A stretch of 64,000 nucleotides of DNA, taken from positions 72,820-136,819 of the IMG/VR virus record IMGVR_UViG_3300010356_003454; one strand, given 5' to 3'. Position numbers and translations under genes: made by a program. A model generated the notes under the pieces. The model was not told the origin of the DNA. It ran no database searches and worked only from the letters and a program-made list of their open reading frames with translations. Positions 1 to 8,086 of this stretch are shown here, in pieces. Position 1 is the stretch's first letter, and every line of letters starts with the position of its first letter. This stretch comes from a virus. Taxonomy: Duplodnaviria; Heunggongvirae; Uroviricota; Caudoviricetes.

Positions 1-22
1 GAGGGAAAACGTTTCTGAAGCT

Positions 23-445
23 ATGGATGACGAATCAGATGATACTTTTGATCCGGATCAAGATATTTACGATAGAAATCCTGATTATGATGTAGAGGGA
101 GATAGAGAGGAATTTGAAGAGGACGGGGAAACAGAAGATGATGATTCTCTTGAGGGTGATTATGTTTTCGCAGTCAAAGTTATAGACGGGGATGAGGAAG
201 AGGATATTATTGCTAAATTCTATAGGGATGAAGATGATGATTTCTGGAAGGCTAGAGTCGTTCAAGGATCTGAAGAACCTATCGAGAGTATGCAATTTGA
301 TCCGGAGATGGAGAAATTGGATATCATTGAGCACCTAGCGACAATATATGACGAAGTTGAAGAGATAGATACAGAGGATTATGAAGAGATGTTAGACGAT
401 AAAGAAGTTATCGATGATATTTTTTATGATGATATAGTAAAATAA
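23..445 (+). CDS. highly acidic (D/E-rich) hypothetical protein
   Basis: Complete ORF with a strong D/E bias. No recognisable motifs. Confidence 0.4.
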   Translation: MDDESDDTFDPDQDIYDRNPDYDVEGDREEFEEDGETEDDDSLEGDYVFAVKVIDGDEEEDIIAKFYRDEDDDFWKARVVQGSEEPIESMQFDPEMEKLDIIEHLATIYDEVEEIDTEDYEEMLDDKEVIDDIFYDDIVK

Positions 446-454
446 TTTTATAAA

Positions 455-718
455 ATGCCAGAGAAGAAGGAGACTAAGAGTCCATGGGGAGAATTTATGA
501 CAAAGTTTCGAGATATTGTTTTTATAATTCTATTCCTAGTGACATCAGCTGGATGGATAGTTACATCTACAGCTAATAAGACAAAGATGAAAGTAGTCTT
601 AGAGGAAACAACAAAAGCAGTTAATGATTTAAAAGAAGAGGTAAAAGAAATAAATAAAACTCTTCAGAAACAAGCTGAATTAAATGGTCAGATTATTCAA
701 TATATGAGAGAACAATGA
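455..718 (+). CDS. small membrane-anchored coiled-coil protein (possible i-spanin-like)
   Basis: One N-terminal TM helix (IVFIILFLVTSAGWIV) followed by a charged coiled-coil region. Its end overlaps the next gene by 4 nt (ATGA). Confidence 0.3.
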   Translation: MPEKKETKSPWGEFMTKFRDIVFIILFLVTSAGWIVTSTANKTKMKVVLEETTKAVNDLKEEVKEINKTLQKQAELNGQIIQYMREQ

Positions 719-1077
719 AAAAATTAATACTACTATCTTTTATAATATTTTTATGGGGATGCGGAAATTCTGCAAACAGAGAAGAACCCATAATGACAGA
801 TTCAACTTCTGTGTCATTAGAATTATCTGATACTACTCTTTATCCTGAAGAATATGTTGAATCACCTGCAGAAGAGAGCGTTGCTCAATTAGATTCTCAA
901 AGAAAATTATTAAGAGATACTATGAGAAGCGATTCTATTTCTGAAGAATCCGAATCTGAAAGGCCATTTCAGATATCTAAATTAGATACTATATCTTTGC
1001 TTCCGGAGATTAGAAGGAATAAAGAAATTATTAAGCAACAACAAGAAATTCTTGATTCTCTGATTAAGAAGAAATGA
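715..1077 (+). CDS. putative lipoprotein (possible o-spanin-like partner)
   Basis: Signal peptide ending LWGC (lipobox-like Cys). The start is embedded in the stop of the upstream TM/coiled-coil gene. S/E-rich. Confidence 0.3.
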   Translation: MKKLILLSFIIFLWGCGNSANREEPIMTDSTSVSLELSDTTLYPEEYVESPAEESVAQLDSQRKLLRDTMRSDSISEESESERPFQISKLDTISLLPEIRRNKEIIKQQQEILDSLIKKK

Positions 1078-1153
1078 TGTTATAAAAATCCTGCAAAAAT
1101 GTTAGTATTTATAGTGATATATAGACTATAAATCAAAAATTAATGTTATAATT

Positions 1154-2527
1154 ATGAAAAACTATGCTCCCGTAACTTTAGATCAGTATATCAATGAATC
1201 TAAATCAATTACGCTTAAGAGAGGATATGGTGCTAAACAACCGGTTGTAGTTGGTGCAAGTGCTCCAATTAGAAATCAGGTTCTAGCCTATGTTGCTGAG
1301 GGTCAGAGAGTTAAATCTGCTGATCTTAAAAGATTTGTTGCTGGCTTGAATGAGACTAATGCCAATCCAGCTGCTGCCGCTACAATGTGGCTTAGAAGAA
1401 ATGGAAAATTCTTCGTTACTGAAAGTCGTCAAGGAGTAACTTATTATAAGCTCTCTCCTTTAGGTCAAAGACTTGTTAATAGATTTGCTTCTCCTGCTGG
1501 GATATCCGAAGCTAAAAAATATGATTTCAAAGATCCTAAAACTAAGGAGCCTGGAATCGTTGATAAGGATAAAGAAGAACTTGAAGAATGCGGAGTTAAA
1601 GAAGCTCATGATCTAGGGGGAAGGCTAAGTTCAAAACTTCATAATCTCCTATCAAAAGATCAGGATAAGGATGATAAAGAATTTGATGGCTTTGAAGATG
1701 AGATTACTAAGAAAGGAAATCCGCTTGGAGTCCTTACTGAAGAGAGAAGGAAGAGAATCGAGCAGATTATAGAGAATATTAAGTCCCGTCAGGAAAAACC
1801 TCTTAATGAAGAGGAAGAAGAGGAAAAAGAGGAAAAAGAAGAAGGATCTGCTGATGAATTATCATTTGATGATCTAGATCTTGGAAGTGAGGAGAAGGAA
1901 GAAGGTGACGAGAAAGAAGCTGAAGGCGAAGAGGAAGAAGCTGAAGGTGAAGAAGAAAAGGAAGAAGGAGAAGAGGAAGAAGCTGAAGGTGAAGAAGAGA
2001 AGGAAGAAGGAGAAGAGGATAAGGTAGAAATTACCGAATTTATTCTTACCGTTGATGATGTTGATGCTGCTATTGAGGAGTTAGAAGAAAAAGGAGTAAC
2101 TGCTGAAAAAGTTGTTGATCCTGATGCAGAACCAGAAGAAGGTGAAGAAGAAGCATATAAGAAAGACGAGATTTCTGTTAAAGCAGAAGACTGGGACGAA
2201 CTTAAAGGCTGGCTCGAAGAAAAAGGCGTTGACGTTGAAGAAATGTTCGGCGGTGAAATAGAAGTTGAAGAGGTTGAAGATGAAGAAGAAGGTGAAGAAG
2301 GTGAAGAAGGCGATATGGATCTTGATCTCGGAGGCGAAGAAGGCGAAGGTGAAGAAGGCGAAGGCCTTGATCTTGATCTAGCTGGTGAAGATGATGAAGA
2401 ACTTGAACTCGATCTCGAAGGAGAAGGCGAAGAAGTTGAGGAGTCTCTTACCGGAATGGAAAATCACGAAGATGATACTAATAACCTAATAAAAGGTGCA
2501 AAACAGGTAATTATTAATTATAAATAA
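1154..2527 (+). CDS. acidic repeat protein (N-terminal globular region + long E/G/D low-complexity tail)
   Basis: ORF with tandem nucleotide repeats (gaagaggaagaagctgaaggtgaagaaga...) encoding EEEAEGEEEKEEG repeats. The C-terminal two-thirds are extremely acidic. Confidence 0.5.
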   Translation: MKNYAPVTLDQYINESKSITLKRGYGAKQPVVVGASAPIRNQVLAYVAEGQRVKSADLKRFVAGLNETNANPAAAATMWLRRNGKFFVTESRQGVTYYKLSPLGQRLVNRFASPAGISEAKKYDFKDPKTKEPGIVDKDKEELEECGVKEAHDLGGRLSSKLHNLLSKDQDKDDKEFDGFEDEITKKGNPLGVLTEERRKRIEQIIENIKSRQEKPLNEEEEEEKEEKEEGSADELSFDDLDLGSEEKEEGDEKEAEGEEEEAEGEEEKEEGEEEEAEGEEEKEEGEEDKVEITEFILTVDDVDAAIEELEEKGVTAEKVVDPDAEPEEGEEEAYKKDEISVKAEDWDELKGWLEEKGVDVEEMFGGEIEVEEVEDEEEGEEGEEGDMDLDLGGEEGEGEEGEGLDLDLAGEDDEELELDLEGEGEEVEESLTGMENHEDDTNNLIKGAKQVIINYK

Positions 2528-2549
2528 AAACCTATTTCTTAAATCTAGA

Positions 2550-2576
2550 GGGAAGTCATATCGGCTTCCCTTTTTT
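2550..2576 (+). terminator. rho-independent terminator
   Basis: gggaag-N9-cttccc hairpin followed by TTTTTT, directly after the stop at 2527. Confidence 0.5.
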
Positions 2577-2604
2577 ATTGATATATAAAGAAAAAGTATA
2601 CTTC

Positions 2605-3039
2605 ATGAGAGCTAAAACTGTAAATGAAGATCAAAATTTCGAAAGAGGTAGGACTGCTAAAGCAGCTTTAGGTATTGGTGGGATAAATCTCTATGATTTA
2701 TACCAGGAAAGAATGGAGGAATTGGAAAGAGAAATATCAATGTCTAAGATTAATGCAGATACAGAATGGGGAGAATATCTTAGAGAGAATTTTGTTGGAA
2801 AGAAGATTACAGCACATATGACTCGAATGGTTACATTTAATATAAAGACAAAACAAAAATCGATAGATTCAGAAACTAAATATGGGGAATTTACTATTGT
2901 GGTACAAGATATTAAACCAGGAGAATCATTTAGTGATGCTATAGGTAGAAATGTGGAGATATCTCCACAAGCTATTGTGGCTGATATGGAAGGAAAGATA
3001 TACACCATGAGACTACATCAAAAAATCTATGTTGAGTAA
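2605..3039 (+). CDS. MRAK/FERG-leader family protein
   Basis: N-terminus MRAKTVNEDQNFERGRTAKAALGIGG matches the leader shared by more than 20 paralogs. The ATG at 2605 lies inside the tracked ORF, which starts at a TTG. Confidence 0.6.
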   Translation: MRAKTVNEDQNFERGRTAKAALGIGGINLYDLYQERMEELEREISMSKINADTEWGEYLRENFVGKKITAHMTRMVTFNIKTKQKSIDSETKYGEFTIVVQDIKPGESFSDAIGRNVEISPQAIVADMEGKIYTMRLHQKIYVE

Positions 3040-3407
3040 TGAGGGCTAAATTTGTTAATGAAAAAATGGATTTTGAAAGAGGCATCCATCCTAAACAGGC
3101 TTTGGATGTTGGCGGGATTTGTTTGGGAGAGGAGAGATGGAAAATGAAGAAGAAATTGGAGGACGATTGGAAATTCTTATTATTAACTCTTCTAGATGGT
3201 AAGACCATTTCAGCTCAGATGAATAAGAGATCCGCAAATGGCGGGAAGCTAACTGGAAAAGATACTTGGGGTAATTATACAGTTACTATTGAAGACTGGG
3301 AGGTCCCCGATATTGATGATATGGGGATCAATATAATAGGAACGGATAAAGAATACTATATTCTTCCTATTGATGATAAAAAGATATACATACATAATGC
3401 GCGCTAA
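3039..3407 (+). CDS. MRAK/FERG-leader family protein
   Basis: N-terminus MRAKFVNEKMDFERGIHPKQALDVGG. Confidence 0.6.
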   Translation: MRAKFVNEKMDFERGIHPKQALDVGGICLGEERWKMKKKLEDDWKFLLLTLLDGKTISAQMNKRSANGGKLTGKDTWGNYTVTIEDWEVPDIDDMGINIIGTDKEYYILPIDDKKIYIHNAR

Positions 3408-3945
3408 ACGAGTTCCATATAAGGCATACATATTCGATTTTGATGACACGTTGGTAAAAACTGATGCAAAGGTTCATGTTCTTAGAGATGGAAAACGTAT
3501 AAAATCTCTAACTCCTACAGAATTTAATCACTATATCTCTCAACCAGGAGAAACATTGGATCTAGAAGATTTCGTGGATCCAAGAATAATTATGAATGCT
3601 AAAAAATATAAAATGTGGCCTGCTCTTCAGAATATAGATGCTGCTAGAAAAATGGGAAGATCATCTTCAGATATATTCATTCTTACAGCTAGATCTCATA
3701 GAGCTCAACAGGCAATACACAATTACTTAACGAATAATGGAATTGATATTCCCTTAGAAAATGTCATTACTATCGGAACTGATTCAGATGAAGGATATGA
3801 TATTGCAGAGGAGAAGGGTAAGGTTTTACAGGATCTCAAAGACAGATATGCTGATGTATTCTTCTATGATGATAGTCCTGATAATATAGAGCTTGCTTCT
3901 AAAATTGGTGGCATTAAAACCAGATTAATTGATTGGAAAAAATAA
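3397..3945 (+). CDS. HAD-superfamily hydrolase (phosphatase/nucleotidase-like) with MRAK N-terminus
   Basis: Starts MRAKRV. HAD motif I is FDFDDTL. A Thr/Ser motif (ILTARSH) and a DD motif (FYDDSPDN) follow. Confidence 0.5.
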   Translation: MRAKRVPYKAYIFDFDDTLVKTDAKVHVLRDGKRIKSLTPTEFNHYISQPGETLDLEDFVDPRIIMNAKKYKMWPALQNIDAARKMGRSSSDIFILTARSHRAQQAIHNYLTNNGIDIPLENVITIGTDSDEGYDIAEEKGKVLQDLKDRYADVFFYDDSPDNIELASKIGGIKTRLIDWKK

Positions 3946-3953
3946 AGAGATAT

Positions 3954-4739
3954 ATGAGAGCTAAATTTATAAATGAGGAAAGATTTATTAGGGGAAAGAA
4001 CCCTAAACATGCCTTAAATATAGGAATGGCTAATAAAGTCTTTCAGTCAACAGGAAAACCTTATGGTGAAGGAGGTGGATATTCCTTTAATTATTATGGT
4101 CCTGAAAACTGGATGGATATCATTCAGTGGCTTCTAGATCAGGGATATAATGCGGAAGAGACGGAAGAGGTTATGAGAAGCAAACTGATGAGATGGACTT
4201 CTGATGAGTCTGGAAAGGATGATGGTAATTGCACTCTCGAGGATTTTATAAAATTCAATAATAATGCTGGATATAAGAATAGAGGGAAAACTCAGATAGA
4301 CGATTTCCTGGATCAGTATTTTCCAGATCCTAGTAGGGCAGAAAGAGTTAAAAGACAGATTGATGAAGATGCTGTAGGCGGGGTAAGTGCTCCAATGGGA
4401 ACCCTTAACAATACTCCTGGAATGGGAAGTGCTCAACCTGCTCCATCAGCATCAACTGGAGCTCTTGGAACTGCTCCTTCCGGCTCTGGGGATAAATGGG
4501 ATGCTTCTATAGGACCTATTAATACTCAGGCCCCATCTAAAAAGGTCAATGAGATGAATATTAATCCTCATGATAAATTAGGGGTAGCAATGGCTAAGAA
4601 AATGGGGGTTCCTCTAGTTTTCAAGAAGGGCAAGGGGGATAAGGATGTTGAACAAGTAAAAGTGGATGAAGATATCGATTTATCAACAAGCCTAATGACT
4701 TTTGATGAATGGGCAGAAAAATTCAATAAAAAATTATGA
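3954..4739 (+). CDS. MRAK/FERG-leader family protein with G/S/P-rich linker
   Basis: MRAKFINEERFIRGKNPKHALNIG leader. A low-complexity G/S/P/A linker lies mid-protein. Confidence 0.55.
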   Translation: MRAKFINEERFIRGKNPKHALNIGMANKVFQSTGKPYGEGGGYSFNYYGPENWMDIIQWLLDQGYNAEETEEVMRSKLMRWTSDESGKDDGNCTLEDFIKFNNNAGYKNRGKTQIDDFLDQYFPDPSRAERVKRQIDEDAVGGVSAPMGTLNNTPGMGSAQPAPSASTGALGTAPSGSGDKWDASIGPINTQAPSKKVNEMNINPHDKLGVAMAKKMGVPLVFKKGKGDKDVEQVKVDEDIDLSTSLMTFDEWAEKFNKKL

Positions 4740-4945
4740 AAATCGTGAAAGAATCTCTAGATGGAAAATCAGATTTGGAAGAGGTTTCCGAATCAGGAGG
4801 ATTTAGGCTAAAAGGAGTTACTTATGATATATGGAGGACCCCCGCAGGAAAGGTCTATGCAGGGGAGCAAGGAATTCTTAGTCATAAAGATACTCTCATC
4901 CCATGGGCTGAGATAAAAGAGCTCATGAAAAAATATTCAGCATAA
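4736..4945 (+). CDS. hypothetical protein
   Basis: ORF overlapping the upstream stop by 4 nt. Confidence 0.35.
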   Translation: MKIVKESLDGKSDLEEVSESGGFRLKGVTYDIWRTPAGKVYAGEQGILSHKDTLIPWAEIKELMKKYSA

Positions 4946-4993
4946 TAAAAACCTTTTGGTGCCCTTTCTATATAAATTCTAAAAAGAATAGAA

Positions 4994-5647
4994 ATGGCAA
5001 AATCAACTATTAAATTTACAAGAATTAGGGATGTTAAACTACCTTCCCGTGGTCATAAATTAGATGCAGGAATCGATTTCTTCGTTCCTAAATTCGATAA
5101 AGTATTCATTAAAGACCTTTTAATCAAGAATCCTAGTCTCAGGCCGGAAGAAGTGCGTGATGGATGCTCATGTACAACTCTTACAATTTCAGGAGGCCAG
5201 AGAGAAGCTGAGGTCAAGTTCGATCTTCATGATTATAATGATTCTATCGTGAGATTTGATGATATAGAAGGACTTAATTATTTTATCTTACCTCCACTCT
5301 CAAGAGTTAATATTCCATCCGGAATTTATTGTCAAATGCAGGAGGAGGGTAGAGCCCTTATAGCTGCTAATAAATCAGGAGTAGCTTCTAAGCATGGATT
5401 AATCTTTGGAGCTCAGGTGGTTGACTTTGAATATCAGGGAGAAATACACATCAATGTCATAAACACATCCTCGAAAGTAGTTCGTATCTATGAGGATCAG
5501 AAGCTCATTCAATTTGTTGAGACTCCGGTATTTACTTCTGAAATAGAAGAAGTAGAAACCCTCCAGGACTTATATAAAGGAGCGACTTCTCGTGCTGACG
5601 GTGGATTTGGCTCAACCGATAAGAAGCCAGAACAACTCAATTCATAA
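4994..5647 (+). CDS. dUTPase / dCTP deaminase family protein
   Basis: dUTPase-like motifs: LDAGID (motif 1), VDFEYQGEI (resembles GxxDxDYRGE motif 3), KLIQFV (resembles the RIAQ motif). Confidence 0.5.
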   Translation: MAKSTIKFTRIRDVKLPSRGHKLDAGIDFFVPKFDKVFIKDLLIKNPSLRPEEVRDGCSCTTLTISGGQREAEVKFDLHDYNDSIVRFDDIEGLNYFILPPLSRVNIPSGIYCQMQEEGRALIAANKSGVASKHGLIFGAQVVDFEYQGEIHINVINTSSKVVRIYEDQKLIQFVETPVFTSEIEEVETLQDLYKGATSRADGGFGSTDKKPEQLNS

Positions 5648-5892
5648 TGGCAAAACCAATATTAGTTGTTAATTATTGTATTGATGGCCTTACACAAGAA
5701 CAGGTTGTCAGGAACTTTAAGGAGTTAAGAAATGTCGTTGAGAACTCAGGGATAAATGATGATTATTTCACATTCTTCCTTCCTGTAAAAACTGACTCAC
5801 ATATTCAGGTCTTTTATGAAAAAGATTTTGATGAAGAAAAATATGAGGAACTTAAAGAAATGATTAAACAGAAATTTGAGGAATTGAAATGA
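5647..5892 (+). CDS. hypothetical protein
   Basis: ORF whose start overlaps the upstream stop. Confidence 0.35.
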   Translation: MAKPILVVNYCIDGLTQEQVVRNFKELRNVVENSGINDDYFTFFLPVKTDSHIQVFYEKDFDEEKYEELKEMIKQKFEELK

Positions 5893-6266
5893 ATAACGGA
5901 ATAAAAATATACATAGCTTCTCCCTATAATGCTGGAGATAGAGAGAAGAATACAAAACTTCAGATTGATGCTTTTCATATTCTGAGAGATTTTGGATATC
6001 TTCCTATTGCACCTCTTTTAAGCCATTATGTTAATCTTGTTAGAGACAGGTCTCATAAAGACTGGCTGGAATATGATATTGAATTGCTTAAGGTATGCGA
6101 TATTGTAGTTAGGCTTAGGCCTAAAGATGAGAAAGGTGTCGAAATCCCATCGCCTGGAGCAGATATAGAAGAACAGAAAGCTAAAGAATTTGGGATTCCA
6201 TATTTCGAATTTGAAACTCTGGACCAGATGGCATTTTTCTTTCAATCAATGGAATTTAAATTATAA
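5889..6266 (+). CDS. nucleoside 2-deoxyribosyltransferase-like (Rossmann) protein
   Basis: N-terminal IYIASPY resembles the YxAGP(F) motif of the deoxyribosyltransferase/DUF4406 fold. Confidence 0.3.
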   Translation: MNNGIKIYIASPYNAGDREKNTKLQIDAFHILRDFGYLPIAPLLSHYVNLVRDRSHKDWLEYDIELLKVCDIVVRLRPKDEKGVEIPSPGADIEEQKAKEFGIPYFEFETLDQMAFFFQSMEFKL

Positions 6267-6270
6267 TATT

Positions 6271-6477
6271 ATGAGTGACGGGATAACAGAAGCCAGAAGA
6301 GGAACCTATTTTCTTGATAGATCAGAAAGTCAGGAGGAGAGGGAAAAGAGATATAATGAAGAAATGGAGAGATTGAAGCAAAAACGAATAGAAGTCGTTA
6401 AAATGATTCAAGCGGAAACAGATTTGGAAAAAGCTCAGGATATATTATTGAAATTTCTCTATAACCCAAGACCATAA
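6271..6477 (+). CDS. hypothetical protein
   Basis: ATG at 6271 directly after the upstream stop. Charged helical sequence. Confidence 0.3.
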   Translation: MSDGITEARRGTYFLDRSESQEEREKRYNEEMERLKQKRIEVVKMIQAETDLEKAQDILLKFLYNPRP

Positions 6478-6501
6478 TTTAAATATACGTTAATTTTAAG
6501 G

Positions 6502-6536
6502 GGTTTATTCTTTTAGAGTAAACCTCTTTCTTTTTT
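6502..6536 (+). terminator. rho-independent terminator
   Basis: ggtttattct/agagtaaacc 10-bp stem (one G-U pair) followed by a T-rich tract. Confidence 0.4.
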
Positions 6537-6563
6537 GACCATATAAATTAAAAAGAAGAGAAC

Positions 6564-8006
6564 ATGATTATTTCAATTGAGCAAAGACAGTCCAAATTAA
6601 TTGTTTCCCATATTAATAAAGAGGGAAATCTTGCTTATATGCAATTGAATATTCCTGTTTCCCATCAGTATTCCTATGTCTATTCAAAAAGTGCTGCAGG
6701 TGCTTTGCACGGAATTAAATCTTGGGATGGTAAACCTGTTAGAAAGGTTCCTGCTCCGTTTCTTTCCAGGCATCGTATTCAGGAATTTTTTATGGATGCG
6801 GGTGATCAATTAACGGCTCCTCTTTTCGAAAGAAATATGCCTAATCTATATTCTTGCGATATAGAGGTTGATGTAACTGATGATGGATTCGCAGAAGCTT
6901 CTGATGCTCGAAATAGAATTAATTCAATTGCTTGGTCTCATTATCCTGATGTAACAGTCTTTGGCCTGAAAGATTTATCAGGAGAACAATGTAACGAAGT
7001 CGAGACCGAAATAAACAATCACTTAAAACCTATTGGAAAGGAGTATAAGTTTGTTTATAAGAAGTATGAGAGCGAAAGCGATATGCTTTATGATTTTCTA
7101 TATAATTATGCTCGTCATGCTCCCCTAATTACTGGATGGCACTTTTGGAATTACGACTGGAGGTATATCTATAATAGGTGTAAGCGTCTTAATTTGGATA
7201 TTTCTTGGATGTCTCCGACTCGTCAGTGGTATAAGCATAAAATTATGGATCGGAACAACAGGGCTGATATATTTCTCCCCCAGCATAAGCTTATAGTTGA
7301 CTATATGGAGATTTATAAGAAGTGGGATAGGGTAATTGATCCAAAAGAGAATAACTCGTTAGACTTCGCTGCAGAGGCCGCATTAGGCATCACAAAAGTT
7401 AAGTATTCTGGAACATTTCAGGATCTCTATAGGGATTATCCTAAACATGTTTTCTACAACGCTATTGATACAATTCTTGTTGAGGAGATACACAATAAGC
7501 TAAAGACCATGGAGACATTCCTCGGTCTTGCTAATATCAATAGAGTTGAGGCAATGAATGCTTTTTCTCCTATTGCCATGCTCGAAGCAACGGCAACAAG
7601 ATATGCTTATAAAAGAGGCCTAGTTTTTCCAAAGGGCAATTTTGATAAAACTCGTGAGGATTATGAAGGGGCATTTGTATTTAAACCTACCCCCGATTTA
7701 TATGGTTGGGTGGCTGCTTTTGACTATGCTTCTCTTTATCCAAGTATTATGAGGCAGTTTAAGATTTCAATGGAAAATTTTGTGGGAAAGAATAAAGACT
7801 ATCAACCAAAACCTCATGAGATAAAATGTTCAAGCGGAGCTATTTTTGATGCTTCGGTAGAACCACTTCTTCCAGAGATACTTACTGATTACTATGCTCA
7901 GAGAAAGGAGGCTCAAATGATTGCCAAAAAAGCTGAGATTGAGGCTAATGAATTGAAAATGATCCTTAAAAAACGACTTAGTTCTGCACAAAAATCATTA
8001 TCTTAA
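6564..8006 (+). CDS. family B DNA polymerase, N-terminal part (3'-5' exonuclease + motif A only)
   Basis: Exo I is CDIEVDV, Exo II is WNYDWRYI and Exo III is YNAIDT. Pol motif A is FDYASLYPSIM, as in T4/RB69 gp43. The ORF ends about 95 aa after motif A and has no motif B (KxxxNSxYG) or motif C (YGDTDS). Confidence 0.75.
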   Translation: MIISIEQRQSKLIVSHINKEGNLAYMQLNIPVSHQYSYVYSKSAAGALHGIKSWDGKPVRKVPAPFLSRHRIQEFFMDAGDQLTAPLFERNMPNLYSCDIEVDVTDDGFAEASDARNRINSIAWSHYPDVTVFGLKDLSGEQCNEVETEINNHLKPIGKEYKFVYKKYESESDMLYDFLYNYARHAPLITGWHFWNYDWRYIYNRCKRLNLDISWMSPTRQWYKHKIMDRNNRADIFLPQHKLIVDYMEIYKKWDRVIDPKENNSLDFAAEAALGITKVKYSGTFQDLYRDYPKHVFYNAIDTILVEEIHNKLKTMETFLGLANINRVEAMNAFSPIAMLEATATRYAYKRGLVFPKGNFDKTREDYEGAFVFKPTPDLYGWVAAFDYASLYPSIMRQFKISMENFVGKNKDYQPKPHEIKCSSGAIFDASVEPLLPEILTDYYAQRKEAQMIAKKAEIEANELKMILKKRLSSAQKSLS

Positions 8007-8086
8007 ATCTTTGTTAAGAAATAATTAAGGGTCGTTAAAAGGGGATAAATAAGAGAGTAAAAATATAAAAATAATGTAAAATAAGT

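Noticed and set aside
1800-2470. E-rich nucleotide repeats (and the PEIP repeats at 14850-14920) as a possible CRISPR or other non-coding array
   Set aside because: The repeats are in-frame within long ORFs and encode acidic or proline-rich peptide repeats. There is no spacer/repeat structure.
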